Assembly: GCF_004010195.1 (NCBI RefSeq)
Contig: NC_057711.1
Location: forward strand, 72,206,845 to 72,262,151
DNA length: 55,307 nt
Origin: Chiloscyllium plagiosum
Taxonomy: Eukaryota
Reading direction: 5' to 3'
The first letter of the stretch is position 1. Each line of letters starts with the position of its first letter. Below the pieces are notes generated by a model. That model saw nothing but the letters and a program-made list of their open reading frames with translations, was not told the DNA's origin and made no database searches. Position numbers and translations under genes: made by a program. Below, in pieces: positions 23,130-36,599 of the stretch.

Positions 23130-24130
23130 TTTTTCTTCATACATTCACAGGATGAAGGCGTCACTGGCTAGGCAGCATTTATAGCCCTTCTCGAATTGCC
23201 CGGAGTGCGGTTAAGAGTCAACCACATTGCTGTGGGTCTGGAGTCACATGTAGACCAGACCAGATAAGGATTAGAGACAAAAAAAACTGCAGATCCTGGA
23301 ATTCAAAGTAGACAGGCAGGAGGCTGGAAGAACTCAACAAACCAGGCAGCATTAGGAGGTGGAGAAGTTGACGTTTTGGATGTAACCCTTCTTCAGGACT
23401 GCTGGTGGGTGTAAGGGGAGCTGCAAATAAAATGGGTGATGGGGACAGGGTGGTGAAGGGATAGATGAAGACAGGCAGAGGGTACGACCTGGTTGGTCAA
23501 TGGGAGGAATGAATCCGGTTGGTGGCAGGGAGGGGTGGAAAGGAGGGGCAAGGGCTGGGAAGGAAGTCGAGTGATGGGAAGGGAGATTATTTGAAATTGG
23601 AGAACTCAATGTTGATCCGGGCTGTAGGCTGTCCAGGCAGAAGTTGAGGTGTTGTTCCTCCAATTTGCGATTTGGTTTGTTGCGGCAATGGAGGATGCCA
23701 AGGATGGTCATGTTGGAAAGGGAGTGGGAAGGTGAATTAAAATTTGTGGTGACTGGGATGTCCTGTCAGCCCCTGCGGGCCCAGCTGAGACGCAAGACAA
23801 ACTGTTGCCTAAGTTTACATTCAGTCTCCCTGATGTAGCAAGGATCACATTGGAAGCACCTGATGGAAGAGAGGCAGATTAACCTCAGTCTCATCTGGAA
23901 GGACTGTTTGGGGATCTAGACCAGGTAAGGATGGCAGTTTCCTTCCCTAAATGACATTAATGAACTGACAATTGACTCATGGTCATCAATAGATTCTTAA
24001 TACTAAATGGATATTTGTTGAATTCAGATTCCACCAGCTGCTGTGGTGGGATTTGAATCCAGCCTCCAAGACTGTTATCTGGATCAACAGTCCAGTGATA
24101 ATACCATGAGGCCATTGTCTCCCTAATGCA
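23130..24130 (-). mobile_element. tRNA-derived SINE (same family as 44738) split by a Penelope insertion
   Basis: TTAAGAGTCAACCACATTGCTGTGGGTCTGGAGTCACATGTAG resumes as GTAAGGATGGCAGTTTCCTTCCCTAA after the insert. Confidence 0.85.
23272..23917 (-). mobile_element. Penelope-like element 3' fragment (GIY-YIG endonuclease C-terminus plus pLTR)
   Basis: ORF 23352..23711(-) ILGILHCRNKPNRKLEEQHLNFCLDSLQPG. TSD AGACCAG(A/G)TAAGGAT at 23257-23271 and 23918-23932. Confidence 0.85.
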
Positions 24131-24544
24131 TGGTCAATAGACAGAGGGGAAGACGGCCTCCTGGCTCTTGGACTCACCTTGTCACCCCCAACCTTCCTGT
24201 TTCTGAGCCCTGTTACATTCTCACTTTGGAGGGGCATTCCCTCCAACCCTTGTCCAGAAACCCAATCCTCACCACTGAAGCCCAGTTCAAACTAATGCAC
24301 ACATCCGTGTGCAGTGGTGTCAGTGTACATGCACTCCAGAATGAACGTGTATGCGTAGTTGCCTGCAGTTCTAAGTGTCAGCAAACACTGCTAAAGAAGA
24401 AAGTCCTAGGATTACACATAGATCAGTCAGAATGTTGTGGAGTCTGGGCATGGACCAATGTTTCCTGCAGTGAACAAAGGGACTGAGTATGATGGAAATA
24501 GATTCAAGAGCGTTTTGTGTTGAATCTGGAGCAAGCAAGGAAGG

Positions 24545-24865
24545 GGGTGGGAGCGATGACTTCGTGGCATTATCACTGGACTATTAATCCAGAGACCCAG
24601 ATAATGTTCTGGGGTCCTGGGTTCAAATCTCACCACTGAAGATGGTGGAATTTGAATACGTTGAAAGAAAATCTGGAATTAAGAGTCTAACGACCATGAA
24701 TCCATTGTCAATGGTAAGGAAAAACCCGTCTGGTTCACTAATGCCCTTTAGGGTCTGGCCTACATGTGACTCCCAAATCACAGCAATGTGGTTGACTCTT
24801 AACCGCCCTCAGGATTATTAGGGATGGGTAGTTAAATTGCCCTCATCCAATGAATAGAAAAAAGA
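24545..24865 (+). mobile_element. tRNA-derived SINE (SlmI/MetaSINE-like core)
   Basis: B box GGTTCAAATC and core TCTGGTTCACTAATGCCCTTTAGGG...GGCCTACATGTGACTCC. Aligns with the 44738 copy. Confidence 0.8.
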
Positions 24866-25114
24866 GGGATGGTGAAGTGCCCCACCCAATGAATTGGAAA
24901 TGCAGAGGGTATTAAGGGTTAATAGTTTGGGAGGACACAGTGGATGAGAGCCATTGTGTGGACATGATGCATGTAATAGCAAATTGTAATCCATAAGCCT
25001 AGGGGAGAGGCGTGTGTTGTGGCAGAGTTAGAGAGGGTGGTGGCCCAAGAGTATGAGGTAGTAGAAAGAAGACACTGATTCTTGCAGGCTGCAGAAGAAC
25101 TTCAACCTGCACTC

Positions 25115-25720
25115 ATAGAGTCACAGAATTATATAGCACGGAAACAGACCCTTCGATCCAACTCGTCCATGCCGACCAGATATCCTAAATAAATTCAGTC
25201 CCATTTGCCAGCATTTGGCCCATAGCCCTCTAAACCCTTCCTACTCATATGCCTGTCCAGAAGCCTTTTAAATGTTGTCATTGTACCAGCCTCCATCACC
25301 TCCTCTGGCAGTTCATCCCTTGCACATTCTGTGTGAAAAAGTAGTCCCATTTGCCAGCATTTGGCCCATAGCCCTCTAAACCCTTCCTACCCATATGCCT
25401 GTCCAGAAGCCTTTTAAATGTTGTCATTGTACCAGCCTCCATCACCTCCTCTGGCAGTTCATCCCTTGCACATTCTGTGTGAAAAAGTTGCCCCTTACAT
25501 CACTTTCCCCTCTCACCTTAAACTTATGCCCTTTAGATTTGGACTCCCCCACCCTGGGGAAAAGACCTTGGCTATTCACCCTATCCATGCCTTTCATGAT
25601 TTTATGAACTTCTATAAGCTCATTCCTCAGTCTCCAAAGCTCCAGGGAAAATAGCCCCAGCCTAATCAGCCTCTCCCTACAACTCAAAGCCTCCAAGCCT
25701 GGCATTATTATTGTAAATCT
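25115..25720 (-). mobile_element. HER1/CR1 LINE 3' end containing a 146-bp tandem duplication
   Basis: ORF 25442..25816(-) RLGLFSLELWRLRNELIEVHKIMKG. Units at 25197-25342 and 25343-25488. Confidence 0.9.
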
Positions 25721-26869
25721 TCCTGGATTGCAGAGGCTGGTTGCATAATTAATAAGGTGAAGATTGCATGTGAAAATTTGGCAAGGGTCATAGTGGGCCA
25801 GTGCCATCAATCTCATTCAAAAAACACTGTGTGTAAAAGTGGAAGAATTCAGCCTATTGTCTTGAGTTAATGTGAGGTCAAAGAATTTTAAATTGATTGT
25901 ATTTAGCAATCAGTGTTTTCTAAAGCTTACATGTGTTCTGATACGTTGTGCCATTCTGACGTATCATGCACATTGGGAAAAAAAACTGTGACAAGTGTCC
26001 ACAGTATTGATTTTTGTTAATTATCTTTGCTGGGTTAAATTTTGAGTTGCTGTATTACTTATATGTACAGAATTGTAGTCACTGTTAAATACATCATCAG
26101 TTATCCTTGACTGGAACTGCTGACAATAACAGTACTGTTCATTTTAAATTAAGACTTTGGTGAAGCTTTCAGCATTCCATCAAGTCGACACCTAATTCTT
26201 CATGTAAGACATAAAGGCAGATTAAATTAACTGAACAATGGCCACAGCCTCAATGATGTTCATGTGCCAGAAAAGCTATACTTTATAGCCTGATATTTCT
26301 GAATATTAAAAGTATATCTAATTGTTCATTGTTGCAATAGATTTGAACATTATTTTGCCACTGATGCATACCGTATAGGTAACTTGTTCTTGCTGCACAT
26401 CTTTAGCAATTTAAAATCAAATTAAGAACACATATAAGGCCATTCAGCCCCTCAAACCTGCTCCACCATTCAATCAGATATTGGCTGATGTGTTTGTATT
26501 TCAGAATCCACAGTCCCACCTATCCTTGATAACCAGAAGCATGTTTACGAGCGGGCTAAAGGAGAACATAAAAAGGAATTTGATCCAGTCCATTGCAATG
26601 CAAAATATGGTGTCAGGGTCCATTTAATCACAGGGGAAGCCGTGGTTAAATTGTTGGAAACTGGAGAACGTCCTGTGACTAAGTTGAGGTTGGGAACAGG
26701 CCAAAGCAAGATACTCATCCACTTATTGGGGGGCGGGGGGATGTAAATTAGACTCATTAATAAACCGAATGGCACCATTTATTCTTGAGCCCATTGGAAC
26801 TTAGTGGGAACCACATAGTCTTCCATGCCTTCCAATGGTCACTTAGTAAACTCAACTCCATTCAACCTT

Positions 26870-29500
26870 TGTGATTCAAAGATTGGTTTGGGAGAAATGG
26901 GTTTCATTTCCGGAACTTTGGCAACAGTACTGGTGGAAGTGGCATCTGTGTGGTTGAAGCAGTATTTGACTGAACTATTTTGGGATCATTTCTGTCAAGT
27001 CATATTACGAGGGCAATAGAGAGAACTTTAAACTTAAGGTTGGAGTTGAGGGATAGCATTTGGGAAGATTCTGTAAATTAAATACACAAGACAAAGCAAG
27101 AGAGCAAGGTAATCTCAGGACTGAGAAGAGAAGAATTTCTTCATTGTTGTGAAGCTGTGGAATTCTCTACTACAGAAAACCGTTGGGGTCAGTTTGCTCG
27201 ATATATTCAAGAGGGAGCTGGACATGGCCCCTGCAGCTAAAGGGATCAAGGGGTATGGAGAGATAGTGGGCGTGGGATACTGAGATTGCATGACCAACCA
27301 TGATCTTATTGAAAGGTGATGCAGGCTTGAAGGGCCAAATGGTCTACTCCTGCACCTATTCTCTATGTTTCTTTGATTTTTTAACCATAAAGGAAGTGAT
27401 CATCAAAACGAGATAGGAACACACAAGTGTACAAACCTAAGAGTGCAGTTAATTGGGATAGAGTTCAGAAAAAAATGAAAAGATGAAACAAAAGGCTCTG
27501 TATTTAAATGCACCTAGTTTTTAATCATAAAATAAATGAATTGACAGTGCCAATTACAATAAAAAGAATTAATTGATAGTCATTACAGAGACATGGTTGC
27601 AAGATGAATAAGACTGGAACCTGAATATTCAAGGGAACATGACATTTAAGAAGCTAGTAAAGGTAAGCTATCGCTTGTGGGAGTGGTTTATCAGCCACCT
27701 AACAGCAATCATATTGTAAGGAAAGGTGTACAAAAAGAAATGTGAGAAAGGAAATCTGATCACCATGGGTGCTTTTATGCATGTATATAGGATAAATAAG
27801 ATTGGAAGAGTAGACTAGATTTTGTGATGTGCAATGAAATTGGTTTAATTAATATCCACATTGTGAAGGCACCCCAAGGTCACAATGATCATAGCATGAT
27901 GGAACTTTGCAGTCAGTTTGAGGGAAAGAAGAGTGGATCTAAGACTAGCGTTTTAATTTTAAATAAGGGCAATTCTAAGGTTATGATAACATAACTGGCT
28001 AAAGTGAACTGAGAAGCCAGGTTACGGGATGGGGTCATGCAAACATGGAGGCACACATTTGAGGCAACATTTTAGAATACTCAAGACTATATATTTCAAA
28101 GAAAAAGATTACAGAGGAACCTCGATTATCCGGCATTCGATTATCCAAATATCGGATTATCCTGCAAGATCGCAAGGTCCGGATGGTTGGTTAAACTATG
28201 TTATGTGGCATTCAAATATCCGGAATTCAATTAACCAAACAAAATACTCCCCGCCTGTGTCCTTTGGGTACTTGAGGTTCCTTTGCATAGAGTAGGATGT
28301 ACCTTCTCTGACTAAGGAAGTTAAAGATAATGTCAAATTGAAAGAAAACTAACATAATTCCACAAAGAGGAGATGTAAGTCAGTTGTTTGAATAGAATAT
28401 AAAGAGCATAAAAGAGTAACAAAACGATTAATGAGAAAAGTGAAATTTGAGTATTGTGGAAAGCTAACAAGAAATATAAAAACAGATAGTAAGTGCTTCA
28501 ACAGGTATTGCAAAATTGAAAAGAGCAACAAAAGTTGGTGCTGCTCCTCCGGAGAGTGAGTCTGAGAAATTACTATTGGAAAATCGGAGAATTGCAAATG
28601 CATTAAACAAATATTGCATGTCTACTTCATTATAGAGGACACAAATAACACCAGAAATAAATGTGAATCAGAATGTGAAAGGTAATGAAGAATGCAAAAT
28701 AACTACAATCAGCAAAGAAGAACTTCAGAAGAAGTTGTTTAAATCTAACAAGTCCACTTGCTGTGATAGACTTCATCCTCGCACCTTAAAAGAAGTGGCT
28801 GCTGATGTTGTACTTGACTGGTTTTACAGTTCCAAAGCTCCCTTAATTCTGGAATGGTCCCATCAGATTGGAAAATAGCAACTGGGATTCTTTTATTTAC
28901 AAACAAGGCAAATGCGGTGTGAAAAAGTCTATTACACACAAGTAGTGTCTGTTGTGTGAAGGTAGAGTCAATTGAAGCATTCAGATGAGTATTTAAATAG
29001 ATACATGTCTCTATTTAACAAATAGAAGAAGGGCACTAAGTCATAGTGCTCAGTGGACAACCAGAGTAGACACAATGCACCAATATCTGTGATTCAAGAA
29101 AAAGCGAGAGGAAGCAGCGATCAACAGGGCAGTTGACCTAGCATCTGCTGGAATTTTTACACCAAGCCACTTTGAAAATCTTAAGGCAATCAGGCAGAGT
29201 TGTGGTTTTGTGAAAAGGAAATAATGTTTGATTAATTTATTTAGAGTTCTTTGAAGATAAAGTGGAACCAAGGATATATTATATTTAGTTTCCCAGAAGG
29301 CATTTAATAAGGGGCCACGCAGTGTAAGAGTCATGAGGTAGGGGTAACATACTAACCTGTTTACAGATTTCATTGACTAATAAGGAGCAGGGTGTGGGTA
29401 TATAAAAACGTGTTCACACATTAGCAGGATGTGACAGGTGGTGTACCACAGGGATCAGTGTTGGAGCGTCAATTACTTACAATCAATTGTTCTGACTTAG
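26870..29500 (+). mobile_element. Old decayed CR1 LINE (end of ORF1 esterase-like domain, APE endonuclease, RT) with nested insertions
   Basis: WFGRNGFHF..WQQYW..HITRAIERTLN (ORF1 end), LYLNA, ITETWLQD, VVYQPPN, DHSMMEL, QKAFNK, GVPQGSVL. A second CR1 3' tail is nested at ~27115-27375. Confidence 0.75.
28112..28285. mobile_element. pogo/Tigger-like MITE (174 bp)
   Basis: TA|CAGAGGAACCTCGATTATCC ... GGGTACTTGAGGTTCCTTTG|CA imperfect TIRs, plus subterminal GATTATCC repeats. Confidence 0.8.
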
Positions 29501-30399
29501 CTGGGGACTGTGTGCTAATGATTATGCCGCACTTTCCCAAAATGTACAAAATACCATTCAGGATATGAAGATGACCAATTTGCCTAACAGACCACTATTC
29601 AGGGCAAAAATAATTCACACCAGGTTTTGTCATGAACAGAATATAATTTGATATATTGTAACACACTTAAAAAACAGGGAAAAGATAGGATTTCTAATCT
29701 ACTACTATGCAAAGTAAACTGTTCTCCTTTAAAAACCCCAAATATGCACGCACACACATTCATGTTTAAGAATACAAAAGACAGGCACCTTTGACCCACA
29801 AACAATGAGTTGAAAAATAATATAGGTGGGGTAAGCAAGTTTTAAAGAATAAATGTCTAGATTTCAAGAATGAGTTGTCTTCCATAGACCTTTTAATTTT
29901 TAGCAATGGTAACATGCTTGTGTCTGTAGGGTTTTCACGATTCACCAATCTTGATTGTGAGGACCTAGGTTTTTTTTATGAGAATTCTTCCTCTTAAGCT
30001 TTCTTGATACTTTGTCTTTTTCCTATACATAAAGAGAGAGAGAGAGATGGATGTTTTCAGTTCACAGCCTCTGGATGTTTCTCTCTCTGCTACCCTGACA
30101 CTTACAGCTTTTAACATGCTGCAGTTCGACCAGTCAGCAGGCTGTCATCAGGCAGAATCTCCTTCACTCAGAAAACATGTGGTGCCACTTAGTCTCAAAT
30201 TCGCTGCCGTGCTGTTTCAAAAAGCAATGTTGTTGAACACAACTAAAGATCGGCATTGTTTGATCTTCGTTGCAAAACTCTCGGTATTTAGAGTCATAGG
30301 GACAGCTATGTATTTCAGCTGTCCACAGACTGGCTGGCCGCTTTACAGAAAGCCCACATTCTGTCTGCAAAAGTGACCCTGAGCTTTCTGTTGCCTGCC

Positions 30400-30910
30400 A
30401 TTTCAACACACCACCATATTCCCTCACCAACAGCTCAGTCTCAGGCCTGCAGCAGTGCTCCAGCGAAAGTCAGTGCAAGCTTGAAGAACAGCTTCTTATT
30501 TTCTACTTGGGGACTCTGCAGTCTTCAGGATCCAATATCAAGCTCAATATTTTGAGGGCCTGAGCACCTTCTCCCATGTCTCTACACGCACACACCAGGC
30601 CTTGTCATCACAGTCTGTTACCACAACCAACCCATTGTCAGCCACTAATATTCCCCCAGTTATTCAATCTCCCAGGCTGGCGTTTATCCAGTCCTTTGTC
30701 TATCCATCTGTGGTTTTCTCTCTGGGCTGCATCTCCACCTATTGTCAACTTCTCCCCATTTCCTTACCCCACCTTTAGCATATATACCAACATTTACCCA
30801 GCTAGAATCACTTCTGAAGAAAGGTCACTGCACCTGAAATGTTAACTCTGCTTTCTCTCTACAGATGCTGTCAGAACTGCTGTGCATTTCTGGTAATTTC
30901 TGTTTTTGTT
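30400..30910 (+). mobile_element. Penelope-like element 3' fragment (GIY-YIG C-terminus plus pLTR)
   Basis: Hand translation LQQCSSESQCKLEEQLLIFYLGTLQSSGSNI at ~30450-30545. The pLTR has CTGAAGA..GAAATGTT at 30814-30843. Confidence 0.8.
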
Positions 30911-32207
30911 GCAATCAAGTCTATTGTCCCCAACAAATAGAAATATGTAGGGTCGAACCTTTCATGTCCTTGAGCGATGCAGCCATAGACAAGAAAGTTA
31001 GGAAATTCATGAGAGATGGCCAGTGAGCAACTTCTTAATGTCAAGAGTAAAACATTCTATTTACCAATGGTGTAATGACTGGTATGTACTTGCAAGTGAG
31101 TGGTGAGGGGCCTATTTGCATGCATTGACTTCTCATTATTACTTTGTGTCACCTCCCTAATATGCAGTTTCTTATTCTCCTACCCCTGTCCATAAAATGC
31201 TAGATGGTGACTATTCCGAATCAGAGCAGTTACCTGCCAACTCCAGTTTGCTATTTGCTCTTATGGAACTCTATCTTTGACACCAGGTACCAACATTTCT
31301 GGGCACACTCCTTGGGCAGGAACTGCACCCCACCACTGTCCACGAATGTTGGTATCTGACACATGGCAGCCTTGCCATTACCTTATGACACATCTCTGAT
31401 TCACTTGCAAGATAATTCTGTGCTTCAGTGCTCTAATGTGGAGCACACTAACACCTTTCATTGGAATGCTGCTTTACACAAAGGGCCGGCAGCCTTTTCA
31501 TGCATGCACCAGGGTGTATCTCAGAGCTGCTTGCTCATGTCTTTGCACTTCACCTTCTACAACTTTGTTGCCATTTTTGCACTTTGCCCCCTTAGCCAGA
31601 GCTTAAAGGCTCACAGTATTTCTGTGTCGGCTTGCTGCTTAGCGCAGACACAAAACCAGGCAGCTGTGACATGTGATTAGTCAAGGGAGTCGGTATGCTA
31701 CTGAATGATACAGTGCCAGGTCAATCTCACATTGACAGCATGTGCCAGCAGCCTATGTGGCAAGTATACACCATGGACTTTAAACAAATGGTTATTTCTC
31801 AAAGTTTAAAGGGAGTCGTTCTCAATCAAGTCAAGGGGAACTGGCATTAGTCAGGTGCTCCTTGCGCAGTAAGTCAATGTCATCAACTGATCTTTGTCTG
31901 GAGGCTTGGACACATTCTGTGACATGGAGTGGACATGTTTGGGGTCCATATTGCTATCATCTGGGGTGTGGGCTGCAATCAGTCCTGCAGGTCCTATACA
32001 AACATTCAGGGGATTTAGGGTGAGTCAGTTGTGGAAAGTATGTCATTTATTAGTGAGACTGGTTCCTTAAATTTGGTCCATTGACAGGGTGAGCCGCAGT
32101 CAGTCCTGAATTTCGCCTCAATGGAAAGCAAAGGAGAGTTCTGGACCATTGCTGTTTTAGGGAAACTGGGGGATTCAGTTCTGTGTTTTGAAGGCAGTAA
32201 GCTATGA

Positions 32208-32520
32208 TTAGATTACTTATTTAGATTAGATTACTTACTTACAGTGTGGAAACAGGCCCTTCGGCCCAACAAGTCCACACCGACCCGCCGAAGCGCAACC
32301 CACCCAGACCCATTCCCCTACATTTTACCTCTTCACCTAAGACTACGGGCAATTTAGCACGGCCAATCCACCTAACCTGCACATTTTTGGACTGTGGGAG
32401 GAAATCGGAGCACCTGGAGGAAACCCATGCAGACACAGGTAGAATGTGCAAACACCTCACAGTCATTCGCCTGAGGCAGGAATTGAACCCAGGTCTCTGG
32501 CGCTGTGAGGCAACAGTGCT
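32208..32520 (-). mobile_element. HE1-type V-SINE, relatively young
   Basis: (TTAGA)n tail, CTGTGGGAGGAAATCGGAGCACCTGGAGGAAACCCA V-domain, GGAATTGAACCC B box (reverse). Confidence 0.9.
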
Positions 32521-33354
32521 TATAAAGGATACAAGTATTATGAAGGGACCAAACTTGACATCTCATTGGGGGTGGGGTATTTGAAGCACTTTGGAGAATA
32601 ACAGATATTGAGGGAGGCATGTTACCCTATCACCAATGTGACCTCACTGTGCAATATGATGGTAGGCATGACTAAAATTTAAGGCTGGGGTTCAGGGTCG
32701 ATGTTGAGAGTTAAAGACACAATTCCAGGTGGTGTGTGGAAACATTTGGAGGATCAATATTCAAGACCTGACCCAGGAAAGCTGGAAAGAAAGGGATGTG
32801 GAGGTTCTGAGACACCCCTTGATTACCAGGCTGAGTCTCACTATATCATACATGAGATGTATGGTCTTCCATGTTCATATGAGTCATTAATATGCACTGC
32901 AAATGAAAAGTAACTGCAGCCTCACCTGGAGTGGGCAGAGTCAGTGTTTTATATTTGTCAGAGAAAGCTGGGCTTTACTTATGAACAACATGAAGCTTTT
33001 CAACAGGCATTCACAATAAAAGTTTAAATCAACATCAATCATAGCATCCAACATGTTGTTCCGACATGGAGATAGCAGAACCAAATCAACCAATAATGCA
33101 GTAAAATTAAAATCTTCAAAACCCTCAAAATTAACCCCAATCCTAGATTATGTGAATAAATACATCCAGTCACCGGTTTGTATCTTGAACAATAGGCTTA
33201 GCAATTTATTTCACAATAGCAGTGCAAGAATTAAATAACAAATTAATCTAATTGTTACCTATGCTATAAACCCATTCAGGTCCATCCACATAAAGGACAG
33301 ACAGTTAAGGAATAAATAAAAGATGATACCAAAACAAACCAGATTACTTAAGTG

Positions 33355-33509
33355 AAAGAGAGTGAGGACTGCAGATGCTAGAGATAAGAGTTGAGAGTGT
33401 GGTGCTGGAAAACACAGCAGGTCAGGCAGCATCCTGGATGAAGGGCTTATGACCAAAATGTTGATTCTCCTGCTCCTCAGATACTGCCTGACCTGCTGTG
33501 CTTTTCCAG
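33355..33509. mobile_element. Palindromic Penelope-like insertion with 15-bp TSD
   Basis: Arms GCTGGAAAACACAGCAGGTCAGGCAG / CTGCCTGACCTGCTGTGCTTTTCCAGC. TSD CAGATTACTTAAGTG at 33340-33354 and 33510-33524. Confidence 0.85.
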
Positions 33510-34089
33510 CAGATTACTTAAGTGGTTTTCACAATGCATTTCACAAACCACAGGCATAGATGTTTGATTTTCTGAAGATGTCGATCAGGGTCAACCTGTT
33601 AATTCAACCAGTCTAACTCCAGTTTGGGATACAGACAGACTCTAACCTTACACTTTTAATGCATTGTCTGAGCTGAGATGTGACTTTTTTTATCCACTGA
33701 TAAAATCTTAACTTATCTCGGGGCTGTGACTTGAAAGAAATTCTGGGATTTACATATTAATCAATCAAAACCTGCTTCCCCATTCTAAATGATTAAAGAC
33801 TTAACAGCCATCTAGGTTTGTCTAATACATCGTATCGTCGTATAACACTTTGATCTTTTGCTATAAATTCCAACAATTCTAACAATGCATTTCTAACAAT
33901 ATGAAATGCATACAATGTAGAACTGTGCTTCATTCCTTGTAAGATTGTGCTATGTCAATGTTCCTTGTGGAGTCATTCCCTGGCCCTCCTTGTCAGATGT
34001 TAAGTGGCTCAATAGAGGGCTCATGTGATACTGTGGTAATGTTCCTGCCTCTGTGCCAGGCAATCTACATTCAATCCCATCTACAGGGG

Positions 34090-36500
34090 TATATGAAATA
34101 GGGGTAGAAATTAGGCCATCAGCCCATCAAAATGCTCCACCATTCAATCATGGCTGATAAGTTTCTCATCCCCATTCTCCCCATAATCCTTGATCCCCTT
34201 TCAGATCTTTCCTTTTCGATGAGGCTGTGCCCTCGGGTCCTCGTCTCTCCTACCAATGGAAATATCTTTCCAACATTTACTCTGTCCAGGCCAATCAGTA
34301 TTCTGTATGTTTTGATTGGATCCCCCCTCATCCTTCTAAACTCCATTGAGTACAGACCCAAAGTCCTCAAATGTTCCTCATATGTTAAGCTCTTCATTCC
34401 TGGGACCATTTTCATGAACATCCTCCAAGGCCAATACCTCCTTACTGAGATATGGGGCCTGAAACTGCAATACTCCAAAAGTGGTCTGACCAGAGTGTAA
34501 TAGAGGTTCAGAAGTATATCCCTGCTTTTATATTCAAGTTCTCCCAAAATAAATACCTTAATTGGCATTCACTATTGACTTAACCTGCAAATTTATTTTG
34601 AGAGAATCCTGGACTAGAACTCCCAAGTTCTTTTGCACTTCAGACTTCTGAATTTTCTCCCCATTTAGAAAATAGTCTGCGCCTCTATTCTTTCTACCAA
34701 AGTGTGACCTCATACTTTCCCACGTTGTACTCCATCTGCCACTACTTTGCCCATTCTGCTAACCTGTACAAATCTTCTGCCATCTCCCTACCTCCTCAAT
34801 GCTACCTGTCCCTCTACCTATCTTTGTATCATCTGCAGACTCGGCCAGAATGCCCTCATTTCCTTCATCTAGATCATTAATATATGAAGTGAAACTTTGT
34901 GGTCCCAAACACTGAGCCTTGCGGAACACCACTTGTCACCAGCTGCCATCCTGAGAAGGTCCCTTTTATCTCCACTCTCTGCTTTCTGCCAGACAGCCAA
35001 GCTTCTATCCATGCTAGCACCTTGCCTCTAGCACCATGGGCTCTTATCGTACTCAGTAGCCTCCTGTGCGTTACCTTGTCAAAGGCCTTCTTGAAATCCA
35101 GGTAAATGACATCCATTGACTCTCCATGGTTTCACCTGCTCGTTACTTCCTCAAAGAATTCTAGAAGGTTTGTCAGGTGTGATGAAACCATGCTGACTTT
35201 GCCCTATTTTACCATACACTTCCAAGTATTCAGAAATCTCATCCTTCACAGTGGATTTCAGGATCTTACCCATGACCAAGGTTAGGTGAATCTGTCTGTA
35301 ATTTTCCATCTTTTGCCTTATTCCCTTTTTAAACTGGGTGTCACATTAGCGATTTTCCAGTCCTCTGGGACTCTTCCTGATTCTAATGATTCCTGAAAGA
35401 TCACCACTAACACTATCTCTTCAGTTATCTCCCCTCGAACTCTGGGGTGTAGTCCATCTGGTCCAGACTATTTATCCACCTTCAAGCCATTCATTTCTCC
35501 TAGCACATTCTCCTTGGTTATGGCTGCCATACTCCCTCTTTTTGGATATTACTCTTTTTGGAATTTTTGGGCTATTACTTGTTAGTCACTGTTAAGACTA
35601 ACACGAAGTAATTATTCAGTTCGTCAGCCATTTTCTTGTTCCCCACCACTATCTTTCCAGTGTCATTTTGCAGCCCAATGTCCACTTTTGCCTCTCTTTT
35701 CTCCTTTATATATCTAAAGAAACTCTTACTGTCTTCCTTCATGTTACTAGCTAGCTTACCCTCCTATTTAATATTCTCCCTCGTTAATTCTTTGTTGCCA
35801 TCTGTTGGTCTTTGTAAGCTTCCCAATCTTCTGGTTTTCCATGCCCTTCGCCACATTACATCCTTTCTCTTTTGCATTTATGCTATCCCTGACTTCCTTA
35901 GTCAGCCATGGTTGCCTCATCCTCCTTGGACCATGCTTCTTTTTCCCTCGGGATAAATCACTGCTGCGTCTCCTGAATTGCTTCAGAAACACCAGTCATT
36001 GCTGTTGCACTGTCTTTCCTGCTAGACTCCTTTCCCAGTCAGTTCTACCCAGCGCCTCCCTCATGTTTCTGCAGTTACCTTTATTCAGCTGTAATACCAT
36101 TACCTCTGATTCTATCTTCTCTCCCTCAAATTGCAGAGTAAATTCAATCATAATATGATCACTGTCTCCTAAGGGTTCCTTCACCTTCAGCTCCCTTATC
36201 AAGTCTGCCTCGTTGCACAACACTAAATCCAGGATTGCCTTTTCCCTAGAGAGCTCCACCACAAGCTGCTCCAAAAAGCCATCGGGTATCCATTCCATAA
36301 ATTCCTTTTCTTGCAATCCCCTACCAACCTGATTTTCCCAGTCCACCTACATATTGAAATCCATCATGATCACTGTAATTTTACCTTTCCTACACATCTT
36401 TTCTATTTCTTGGTGTATCTTGCACCCCATCTCCTGGCTACTGTTTGAAGGCCTGTACATAACTACAACTGTGGTTGTTTTTACCTTAGTGGTTCCTCAA
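34090..36500 (-). mobile_element. CR1-type LINE, most of ORF2 (endonuclease plus RT), frameshifted
   Basis: AILDLVLCNE..LGDSDHIMIEF (ORF 35996), MDVIYLDFKKAFDKV..SGVPQGSV (ORF 34877), LYYTLVRPLLEYC (ORF 34119). Confidence 0.93.
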
Positions 36501-36599
36501 TTCAATAATAACATGACTGAACTAGTTGATCTTTTAAGAAAAAGCATAAAACACTACTTGGATTTTGGACCCAACAACCCATTTCTGTGCTGTACAGTA

